Source: a virus. From it: a DNA stretch of 64,000 nt. Under the pieces are notes generated by a model. That model saw nothing but the letters and a program-made list of their open reading frames with translations. It was not told the DNA's origin and made no database searches. This document shows positions 54,575 through 62,552 of this stretch, piece after piece; position 1 is the first letter of the stretch; each line of letters starts with the position of its first letter. The stretch covers positions 32,001 through 96,000 of IMG/VR virus record IMGVR_UViG_3300037313_001714. One strand, written 5' to 3'. The translations under genes were made by a program, and so were the position numbers.

Positions 54575-54940
54575 TCAGTGCTCCACCACCACGTCGCCCT
54601 TGAGCAGCTTGTGCGCGTAGCCGGCGGGGAAGTCGGCGCTGACCGGGTAGCGCACGAAGCACACGTAGTCGGCGCCCTCCTCGTCGTCCCAGCTGAACTT
54701 GGCGCTCTGGCTGTCCTGGATCAGGATGCGGATCGAGCCGTTGGCCAGCTGCAGGCCACCGCCCGCCTTGTCCAGCCGCAGCACCTGGGTGCGCTTGGCG
54801 TCCTTGCGCCGGATCACCAGCCAGGCGTCGGTGCACGTCGACAGGTCCACCGGCGTGCGCTCGGCCCCGCTGCTGTAGTAGAGCGTGCGGTCGAAGCTGG
54901 CGCCCTGTTGCAGCGTGAGGTCGTACTGGAAGGTGAGCAT
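54575..54940 (-). CDS. BppU-N/LtfC-like tail adaptor protein
   Basis: LTLQQGASF......PVDLS...A.L.IR...G.I.I.I...S......YV......L.KG.V pattern. Confidence 0.6.
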   Translation of the reverse strand: MLTFQYDLTLQQGASFDRTLYYSSGAERTPVDLSTCTDAWLVIRRKDAKRTQVLRLDKAGGGLQLANGSIRILIQDSQSAKFSWDDEEGADYVCFVRYPVSADFPAGYAHKLLKGDVVVEH

Positions 54941-55003
54941 GGCGGATCAGGCTGAACTGTAGCGGCAAACGCCCCGGAAATCAAGTCACCGATGACTTAT
55001 GCA

Positions 55004-58000
55004 TCAGGGCAGCCACCAGCAGCCCGCGGCCACCACCAGGCACAGCAGCTGGATTTCGCTGTCGTAATAGCCGGTCGTGAGGTGGCGCAGGTTCCAGTCG
55101 AACAGCGAGTTGAGCATCGACTGATAACTGGAGTCGGTCATCATCGCCAGCATCGCCGGCGCGACGAACGAGGGGCTGGAGCTGCCGTCGGTGTTGCCGG
55201 TGCCCTGGCGGTTGCCGCTCATGTCGTAGCCGTCGCGGATGCCGATCAGCCAGTCGTTGGTGCCGGTGACGGTGCCGTTGGCCTGCGACTGGAAGAAGTT
55301 CGCCATTCGCATGGTGTAGGTCTTCAGCGTCGCGTCCGCGGAGAACACGTAGTCGGTGCCGAAGCGCCACGGGTCGCGGCAGGCGTTCCAGTAGTAGTAC
55401 ATCTCCGTGGGCGTGCCGTCGCCGATGCCGCCCGGCGACAGCCCGGGGCTGTTGCCGTCGCAGTTGATGGCGAAGTCCGGCAGCAGGCCGGTGGACGGGC
55501 TGTAGGTGGTCTGCAGCTCGTTGATCAGGCTCTCGCACTTCGTGACGCAGGTGTCCCAGAAGGTGTCGCCGGTGGCCTTCTTGAACGATCGGAAGTGGCC
55601 CAGCATCCAGTCCGAGGTGCGGCTGTTGACGGCGCTCTGGATGCGCGGGAAGCCCAGCGCGTTGAAGTTGGCCGACTTCATCGCGTTGATCTTGCCGATC
55701 GCCTCAGCGCGGTAGTTCCACTGGCCGCTGGTGCTGCCCCACTGGGCGTCGGCCATCAGCAGCGCCAGCGCCATGTCCAGGTCGCCATCCACCGCGTTCC
55801 AGCCGCCGCCGGCGCTGCTGCCGTTGGCGTACAGCCGCCAGTCCATCAGGTACTGGCTCACGCCCGGGATGTAGGGGTCGTAGGCGTACGCGGGGCGCGC
55901 CTTGACGGTGGCGTACAGGCCGTCGAAATACTGGCGCGCGGTGCCGTCGTGGCCGGCGAACAGCACGCACATCAGCATGGCGTAGCCCATGCCCTCAGAG
56001 ACCGTGCAGTAGGTCGGGTCGGAGAACTGGTCGAGGTAGCCGCCGGCGACCACCTGCGAGGCCGAGACGATGCGCGCGAGCTTCCAGGCGTCGTACTGGG
56101 CGGTGAGCTTGGTGTCCATCGCCGAGTTGGTGTAGTTGGTCGGCTTGATGCCGGCCGCGTACGTCTGGATGCGGTTGCCGTAGGGCATGCTCACCGTGCC
56201 CGGTGCCGGCGCCGGCGCAGGTCCCGGGGCGGGCGCGGGGCCGGGTGCCGGGGCGGGGGCCGCGGCGCCCATGGTGGCGTCGGCGTAGCCGGCCTGCTGG
56301 GCGACATAGTTGGCGGCGTTGACGCGGTCGGTCGGCGTGCCTGCATTGTTCTTGCGCAGGATCATCGCGTACATGTAGCCGTACCAGTCGTTCGACTCGG
56401 CCACGCCCTGGTCGCCGTCGATCATGAAGCCGCTCGAGCCGGCTGTGGCGGTGCCGCAGGCGAGCGTCTCGATGGTGCCGCCGTTGATCCGCACGCCCAG
56501 CGAGCCGCCGTCGTGGTAGCACACCACCGTGTTGTCCTGGCCGAAGCGGATCTGCGCGGCGGTGGTCAGCGTCACCCGCGTGTTGCCGATGCCGACGGAG
56601 AACTCGACGTTGTTGTTCGGCGTGATGCGGATGCGGTAGCCGGCGTTGGCGGTATTGGCGTCGCTGTAGAGCGTGCGGGTGATGCCATTGCCCGAGTAGT
56701 CCTGCGAGCACCAGGCGAACATGAAGCCCGAGGTCGAGCCACCGCCGCCGATCGTGCAGGGGAAGTTGGCGTAGATGTTCAGGTAGTCGACCCCGGCGTT
56801 GGTGGTGTTCCACACCGGGTTGCTCTGGAGATTGTTCTGGGTGATGTCGTTGCCGCGGCCCGACTTGTCCTTCCAGGTGCGCACGCCGCTGCCGGGGCCG
56901 GCCGCTTGCGCGCCCGTGCCGGTGTTGCCGATCAGCGTGGTGTGGTCCTTGGCGGTGTACCAGCCGCCCTGCGCGCTGTTGGCGAAGAAGGCGGCGATGG
57001 TGGCGTCCGAGACCGGCGTGCCGGTGCCCGGGGCCGGGGCGGGGGTCGGCGCCGGCGTGGGAGACGGTGCCGGGGCGGCCCCGGACAGCGTCGCGCCCGA
57101 CAGCGACGCCATGTACTTCTCCAGCACGTTCAGCTCGGAGGTGCTGGGCGTGCCGGTGCCGACGATCGCGCCGTAGAATTGGCCGAGCGGCGCCGCAGTC
57201 TCGAAGAAGTTCACGTAGCCGCCCAGCAGGTGCATCGCGTTGTAGGGCGAGGCGGCGAAGGTGCTGGCGCCGCTGGCGACCTGGGCGCCGTTCTGGCGCA
57301 GCACCTGCGCGCCCTGCGCGTGCGTGAGCGCGAACACCTGCGGCGTGTTGACCGGCGGCGGCGTGCCCTTGAGCGTCACCGACAGGCCGTTCACGTCGTT
57401 GATCACCGCCTGCGGCGTGCCCGAAGCGAAGCCCAGCTCGGTGCGCTGCTGGCCCTCGTCATTGCCGGCGGCAAAGATGATGCCGCCCGAGGACGAGGCC
57501 GTCAGCGCGTAGCCCGCCACCACGAAGTGCGCATTGGTCAGGTCGAAGGCCATCTTGTCCTTCGGCAGCGGGATCACGCCGGTCTGCGGCACCGTCTTGC
57601 GGCACCAGAAGCCGCGCTGCGGGTAGACCGAGGTGTCCAGCACGTACTTGCCGGCGCTGTCCTGCTGCAAGGTGGGCCGCTGGAACAGCTCGGAGCCTTC
57701 GTTGACGTCCGTGTTGTACCAGTTCAGCATCTCCATCGGGTTGGTGTTGCTGGACATCGCGCCGGTGTCGCAGATCGCGCGCACCGGCCCCTTGAGCGTT
57801 GCCACCTGCGGGGTGGGCAGGTAGTCGGCCACCGCGTCCTGGGCGCGCCACAGCGCGCAGCTGTACTTGCCCACGACGGTCATCGCCGCGTCGGTCAGAT
57901 TGGTCGCGGCGAGCGTCACCGGGTCGGTGTAGGTGTAGATCGTGCGGATCGGGGGCACCTGGCCGCCGTCGGCGCGGGTGTACTGCACCGTGCACTTGGC

Positions 58001-61000
58001 ATTGGCCACCGGCGTGACGGTGTAGGTCGCGGCGCTGTTGGGGCCGGCCGGCAGCGTGATCGAGCCGGCGCTGGTCGAGCCGTTCGAGGCCGTCAGGGTG
58101 ATGGTGAGCGGGCTGGTCAGGTTGCCGCGCGCCTCCACCGTCACGGTGTAGTTGGAGCCGCCGGTGCCGTACATCGGGCCGGCGTCGACGATGGTGGCCT
58201 GGTTGATGCCGGCCACGAACTTCATCACCCCGCCCACCGCCGGCTCGAGCGTCTGGCGCTGGTAGAACTGCGGCGTGTGGTTGATCGGGTAGCCGTGGAT
58301 CGGCCAGTGGTTGCCGCCCATCCAGGTGTAGACCTCGATGCCCTGGCCGAAGGCGTACGTGACGCCGTTCTTGAACTGGGTGAGCCAGTTGGCATTGCCC
58401 GAGTCGTTGGACAGCGGCATGCCGGTCTCGGTCCAGGCGAGGCTCGCGCCGGTGAGGCCCTTGCCGGTGGCCCAGGTCACCACTGGCGTGATGCGGTTGG
58501 TCAGCGTGCTGGTGCTGATCGCGCCGGCCTCGCCGGCGGAGGTGCCCTTGGCGACCTCGACGCTCCAGTCGAAGTGGGCGCCGTCGCTGGCGGCGTCGCC
58601 GTAGCAGTGGAAGTCGTAGATCAGGTTGGGCATCGCCGAGCCCGACGCCGCGCTCTTGTAGTTGGCGATCTGGGTGGTGGTGAGCCAGCCCTTGCTGGTG
58701 ACGATGTTCTGCTCGGCCGCCGACAGCGTGCCGCCCGCGAACGCCGTCACGAGGTACAGGTCCTCCTTGGGCGTGGTGAGCGTCTTCATCAGGCCGAAGC
58801 GGTTCTCCGGGGCCGACTGGCTCGTCTCGTCCAGCAGCTCGTAGACGCAGATCGAGTCGATCGTGCAGTTGGTCGTCGAGACCAGCTCCTGCATGTGCAC
58901 GGCCAGCGACTGGTAGCCCTCCTCGGTGTAGGTCGCGCCGTCGGTGTTCTCGTAGGTGCCGGGGTTGCCGTTGGCGACGTCCCAGTAGATTTCGCCGGCG
59001 TTGAACTCATTGACCGTGACCGGCTTGCCGAAGGTGCCCAGCATGCCGGTGGCGCCGCCCGTGCCGTACCAGGGGTCCGTGTTCAGCGAGTCGTTGGCCA
59101 GGATCGGGTAGACGTGAAAGCCGGTGACGTCCCAGTGCACGCCGGCGTTCTTCATGTACGTGAGGAAGCCGAAGTCGCGGCCGATTTCCGTCAGGATCAC
59201 CCGCAGCGGCACGCCCTGCGCGTTGGTGCCGATCGCGTGCACGGCGTCGGCGATGCCGCGCGCCACGTACGAGATGCTGGTCATCGCCGTGGAGGCGTTG
59301 TAGTTGGTCAGGTCGGTGCCCTGGCCGTTCCAGTCGATCTGGCCGCTCACGTCGGGGCGGATCTGGATCTCGTTCAGGATCTCGAAGTCCTGCACCAGGT
59401 CCTTCATCGCGTTGACGAGCTGGATGGTCTGGTTGTAGGAGTCCGTGTAGACCTGCTGCAGCGTCATCGACGCCGTCGGGTAGATCGTGTAATCCCACTG
59501 GTAACTGTTCTGCAGCACCGCCTGGATCTTGCAGCCGTTGGCCACCAGCTTGCCGCAGACGTCGCGCAGCAGCGTGAGGTCGGCGCCGGCGCCGAACAGG
59601 TCGACCCGCACGTTGCGGAAGTTGCGCGCCTGGCAGATGCTGGCGATCGAGGCGTTGTTGTTCGTCGAGCCGCCGCCGGTGTGGATGTTCACGCCGACCG
59701 GGATCGCGGTGGTGGCAGCGGTGGTGAGCGGGAAGCTCGTGTTGTTGGAGGACCAGCCCACCGGCGACTGCCAGGCGTTGCCGCCGACGTAGACCTTGCC
59801 GCTCCAGCCGGCCGCACGAATCGCGTTCACGGCCGCCTTGGCGAACGACGGCCAGATCGTCATGTCCTCGACGTTGCCGCTGACGAACGGGCTGTTCCAC
59901 GGCGTCGTGCCCGTGCTCGTGGGCATGTCGTGCGGCTCGTTCATCAGCGAGAAGCCGGCCAGCGCCGCGTGCCCCTTCCACAGGTTGGTGACGCGCGTCC
60001 AGAAGTCGGTGAAGTCGGCGACCGTCAGCGTCGCGCCGGTGGCCTTGGCGAAGATGCGGGTGGTGACGGCGCCGGTGCTCGAGTATGGCGGGTAGCGCTT
60101 GTCCGACGGCACCGTGAAGCCGTTGACGGTGCCGTCGGCGTTGTAGATGAAGTCCTGGTAGCGGCAGGAGTTGTGCAGGTCCAGCACCACCTTCACGCCG
60201 GCCGTCAGCGCGTTGTCCAGGCAGGACTGGATGTAGCTCTGGTAGAAAACGTCCAAGCCGCCCTTGACGCCGCCGATGTTGTGCGCGTTCACCACGCTGG
60301 TCGCGGCCGGCGAGGACGCCAGGATCGGCTGCAGGCGCTCCCAGATGATCGGCAGGCGCACCTTGGACACGCCGGTCTGGCGCAGAAACTGGAAGTCCTC
60401 CAGCCGCGGCACCGTGAAGTTGCGGTTCGGGTAGGTGGAGGTGCCGAAGCGGAAGTTGGGCTGGGCCCACTCCATGCCCGACAGGTTGACCCCGAACAGG
60501 TTGTTGCTGGCCGCCTGCTGGGCGATCACGTTGGCCAGGCCGGCGAAGGTGTCGCGCGCCTCGCTGGCGGCGACGCTGGCGTTCACCGTACCCGGCTGGC
60601 TGGCCGCGCTGTTGGCGGTCTTGGCGAACAGCTGGCCGTACAGCGCGCTGCCGTCGGACATGAAGACAAAGGTGTCGCGCGCGTCCGCCGTGGTCGAGGG
60701 CGTCCAGCTCTGGATGTTGTAGCCCGCCGCGAAGCTGTAGCTGTAGGGGCCACCGGTGTGCGGCTGGATCACGTACAGCGTGTACTGGCCGGTCTTCAGA
60801 TTGGTCGGCAGCTGGATGACGTGGTTGTTGCCGGTGAGCGTGAGGGTGGCGATCGAGCCCTTGCTCGCGTCCCAGGCCACCGAGGCGGCGTCGATCAGGA
60901 TCTGCTGCGTGATGCTTGGGTTGAGCAGGTCCTTGTTGGTCAGCTGCTGGGTGCCGGTGGTGGTGACGTTGCCCAGCAGAAGCACCCAGCCGACGCCGTT

Positions 61001-61075
61001 GTAGGTCCAGGTCGAACCGCCGGACGAGAAGATCTGGCCGTTGGTCGGGTTGTTCGGGAAATTGATTGCTGCCAT
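55004..61075 (-). CDS. 2023-aa multi-glycanase tail-region protein: GH5 (split) + nested clan GH-A barrel + two ConA-like domains + GH8
   Basis: GVNLSG, RLP..WERLQP, LDLHN, MNEP, ...YDFHCY, TETG, WMGG (GH5); insert GVNIH, VRVD, ILNE, GFHVYP, VNEF, YELLDE; C-term SEGMGY, DGDLD, WNACR (GH8). Confidence 0.8.
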   Translation of the reverse strand: MAAINFPNNPTNGQIFSSGGSTWTYNGVGWVLLLGNVTTTGTQQLTNKDLLNPSITQQILIDAASVAWDASKGSIATLTLTGNNHVIQLPTNLKTGQYTLYVIQPHTGGPYSYSFAAGYNIQSWTPSTTADARDTFVFMSDGSALYGQLFAKTANSAASQPGTVNASVAASEARDTFAGLANVIAQQAASNNLFGVNLSGMEWAQPNFRFGTSTYPNRNFTVPRLEDFQFLRQTGVSKVRLPIIWERLQPILASSPAATSVVNAHNIGGVKGGLDVFYQSYIQSCLDNALTAGVKVVLDLHNSCRYQDFIYNADGTVNGFTVPSDKRYPPYSSTGAVTTRIFAKATGATLTVADFTDFWTRVTNLWKGHAALAGFSLMNEPHDMPTSTGTTPWNSPFVSGNVEDMTIWPSFAKAAVNAIRAAGWSGKVYVGGNAWQSPVGWSSNNTSFPLTTAATTAIPVGVNIHTGGGSTNNNASIASICQARNFRNVRVDLFGAGADLTLLRDVCGKLVANGCKIQAVLQNSYQWDYTIYPTASMTLQQVYTDSYNQTIQLVNAMKDLVQDFEILNEIQIRPDVSGQIDWNGQGTDLTNYNASTAMTSISYVARGIADAVHAIGTNAQGVPLRVILTEIGRDFGFLTYMKNAGVHWDVTGFHVYPILANDSLNTDPWYGTGGATGMLGTFGKPVTVNEFNAGEIYWDVANGNPGTYENTDGATYTEEGYQSLAVHMQELVSTTNCTIDSICVYELLDETSQSAPENRFGLMKTLTTPKEDLYLVTAFAGGTLSAAEQNIVTSKGWLTTTQIANYKSAASGSAMPNLIYDFHCYGDAASDGAHFDWSVEVAKGTSAGEAGAISTSTLTNRITPVVTWATGKGLTGASLAWTETGMPLSNDSGNANWLTQFKNGVTYAFGQGIEVYTWMGGNHWPIHGYPINHTPQFYQRQTLEPAVGGVMKFVAGINQATIVDAGPMYGTGGSNYTVTVEARGNLTSPLTITLTASNGSTSAGSITLPAGPNSAATYTVTPVANAKCTVQYTRADGGQVPPIRTIYTYTDPVTLAATNLTDAAMTVVGKYSCALWRAQDAVADYLPTPQVATLKGPVRAICDTGAMSSNTNPMEMLNWYNTDVNEGSELFQRPTLQQDSAGKYVLDTSVYPQRGFWCRKTVPQTGVIPLPKDKMAFDLTNAHFVVAGYALTASSSGGIIFAAGNDEGQQRTELGFASGTPQAVINDVNGLSVTLKGTPPPVNTPQVFALTHAQGAQVLRQNGAQVASGASTFAASPYNAMHLLGGYVNFFETAAPLGQFYGAIVGTGTPSTSELNVLEKYMASLSGATLSGAAPAPSPTPAPTPAPAPGTGTPVSDATIAAFFANSAQGGWYTAKDHTTLIGNTGTGAQAAGPGSGVRTWKDKSGRGNDITQNNLQSNPVWNTTNAGVDYLNIYANFPCTIGGGGSTSGFMFAWCSQDYSGNGITRTLYSDANTANAGYRIRITPNNNVEFSVGIGNTRVTLTTAAQIRFGQDNTVVCYHDGGSLGVRINGGTIETLACGTATAGSSGFMIDGDQGVAESNDWYGYMYAMILRKNNAGTPTDRVNAANYVAQQAGYADATMGAAAPAPAPGPAPAPGPAPAPAPGTVSMPYGNRIQTYAAGIKPTNYTNSAMDTKLTAQYDAWKLARIVSASQVVAGGYLDQFSDPTYCTVSEGMGYAMLMCVLFAGHDGTARQYFDGLYATVKARPAYAYDPYIPGVSQYLMDWRLYANGSSAGGGWNAVDGDLDMALALLMADAQWGSTSGQWNYRAEAIGKINAMKSANFNALGFPRIQSAVNSRTSDWMLGHFRSFKKATGDTFWDTCVTKCESLINELQTTYSPSTGLLPDFAINCDGNSPGLSPGGIGDGTPTEMYYYWNACRDPWRFGTDYVFSADATLKTYTMRMANFFQSQANGTVTGTNDWLIGIRDGYDMSGNRQGTGNTDGSSSPSFVAPAMLAMMTDSSYQSMLNSLFDWNLRHLTTGYYDSEIQLLCLVVAAGCWWLP

Positions 61076-61078
61076 GGG

Positions 61079-61885
61079 TTAGCCGTAGTTCACCCACTCG
61101 GCCGAATCGGCGTCGACCGTGTACGTGTAGCGGATGCCGGTGGTGGTATCGAGCCATTCCTGGCCATGCACCGGGTTGGCGGGCGCGGTGGGGCCCACGG
61201 TGAGCGCGACCCCGCCGCTGCCGCCCCCGGGCGGGATGCCATCGAGCTTGGCCTTGTCGGAGGCCGACATGAAGCCGTGCGTGGCCGGCGTGGCCAGCGC
61301 GTGCTGGGTGTCGCCCTGCCCGATGTGCCCGGCCACCAGCGCGTTGATCTTGCCCAGCGCGTCCAGCACCGTGTCGCTGGGCGTCACCAGCTGGCTGGCC
61401 GTCAGGAAGTTGTTGGGCGAGGCGGCCTGCGTCACGCCGGTCAGGGGCGTCGCGCGCACCCGGGTGGCGGTGAAGTACAGGTTGGACAGGCCCTCCATCA
61501 GGCCGTCGGTGCTGGTGATGCCGGCGCCGCCGCCTCCGGACAGGCCGCCGTTGAGCAGCGACTCGATCTGGTACATGGCGGCGGTGAAGATCGCCGCGGT
61601 GCCGACGTCGCCGTTGTTGATCAGCGGAATCTTGTTCGTGTTGGTCTCGTCGCGCACCACCACCGCCGGCGTGAGCGCAGCGCTCACGTCCTGGTAGGCG
61701 CCACTCAGCATGAAGGTGGTGTCGGTGCCGTTGAAGACGGCGTTGGTGGCGACGAAGTACGGCACCTTGTAGGGCGTCGCCAGGAAGATCTGCGACGCCT
61801 TGATGTCGGCCGAGACGTCCTGGCCCGGCACCGTCACGAGCTGCGAGCCGTTGCTGACGTTGCAGGAGAGTTTGAGCTGTGCCAT
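61079..61885 (-). CDS. Tail fibre proximal/adaptor protein
   Basis: STDGLMEGLSNLYFT, HALAT...GFMSASDKAKLDGI, GPTAP.NP..GQEWLD motifs. Confidence 0.75.
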   Translation of the reverse strand: MAQLKLSCNVSNGSQLVTVPGQDVSADIKASQIFLATPYKVPYFVATNAVFNGTDTTFMLSGAYQDVSAALTPAVVVRDETNTNKIPLINNGDVGTAAIFTAAMYQIESLLNGGLSGGGGAGITSTDGLMEGLSNLYFTATRVRATPLTGVTQAASPNNFLTASQLVTPSDTVLDALGKINALVAGHIGQGDTQHALATPATHGFMSASDKAKLDGIPPGGGSGGVALTVGPTAPANPVHGQEWLDTTTGIRYTYTVDADSAEWVNYG

Positions 61886-61956
61886 GCCTACCGGGTCCGG
61901 AATGTCCAGTGTATCACAGTCACCAGTGACTTATGTATAAGGATCGGGAATGCGGA

Positions 61957-62526
61957 TCAGGGATGGCCACCCTGCGCTTGCGGCGGCGGGCTCGGGCTGG
62001 GCGTCGGTGGCTGGGTCGGCGACGGCGGCGCGGGCGTCGGTGCCGGTGGCTGCGCGGGCGTGGGTGCCGGGGTGGTCGCCGGCGGCGGCCCCATCTTGAA
62101 GGCCAGCTTGGGCGTGGGCCGGACCGGCACCGGCGGCTGGCTCGCCGGCAGCGGGTGGGCGTTCTTCACCGCCTTGATCGCGTCGTAGAAGCCCGTCACC
62201 TGCGGCAGCTGGCCGGCGTCCATCGCCTTGAACAGCGCGTCCAGCTGGTCACCCACGCTCGGGTAGGCGTTGCGCCGTGCCACCTGGATGGCCACGTAGT
62301 CGTCATAGGCCTGGGTCTGCGCGTCGCGCAGGTCCTCCCAGGCGCCGCTGGTCACGTTGAACTGGTGGTGGATCGATGGCCGCGGGTTGCCCAGCGTCGG
62401 GTCCTCGCCGAGCACCAGCGTCAGGCCGTCGGTCAGGTTCTGGCGCGCGTGGGCGAGCTGCCCGACCGGCATCACGCCGGTCGACACGAGGTGCGTGCCG
62501 TCATGGACGTAATATTTGAGATTCAT
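61957..62526 (-). CDS. Tail fibre assembly/chaperone-like protein with Pro-rich tail
   Basis: RRNAYPSVGDQLDALFK motif; PAPT repeats. Confidence 0.7.
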   Translation of the reverse strand: MNLKYYVHDGTHLVSTGVMPVGQLAHARQNLTDGLTLVLGEDPTLGNPRPSIHHQFNVTSGAWEDLRDAQTQAYDDYVAIQVARRNAYPSVGDQLDALFKAMDAGQLPQVTGFYDAIKAVKNAHPLPASQPPVPVRPTPKLAFKMGPPPATTPAPTPAQPPAPTPAPPSPTQPPTPSPSPPPQAQGGHP

Positions 62527-62552
62527 ATGTCACTGGTGACTTTTGGATTCGG

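Larger units (their letters stand above)
1927..62542. promoter_or_regulatory. Dispersed 16-bp palindromic sites, consensus AAGTCA-N4-TGACTT (about 25 copies)
   Basis: Copies at about 1927, 2813, 2871, 8037, 11308, 14218, 14938, 19828, 19894, 24119, 25368, 31634, 32483, 34530, 35100, 37724, 42062, 44810, 45232, 46944, 50135, 54017, 54983, 61918, 62529; almost all intergenic or at gene ends. Confidence 0.85.

Noticed and set aside
54992-62188. 2398-aa plus-strand ORF (also 11370-14240, 50217-53315, 25861-28029, 16289-18430 and similar)
   Set aside because: Antisense shadows of real minus-strand genes. Stop-poor frames are expected at this GC content, and the translations are Arg/Gly/Ala-rich with no motifs.
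1927-62542. CRISPR array or parS centromere for the repeated palindrome
   Set aside because: Copies are dispersed, not regularly spaced with spacers. The consistent placement relative to -10/-35 boxes favours an operator, and no parAB is seen in the window (parS not fully excluded).
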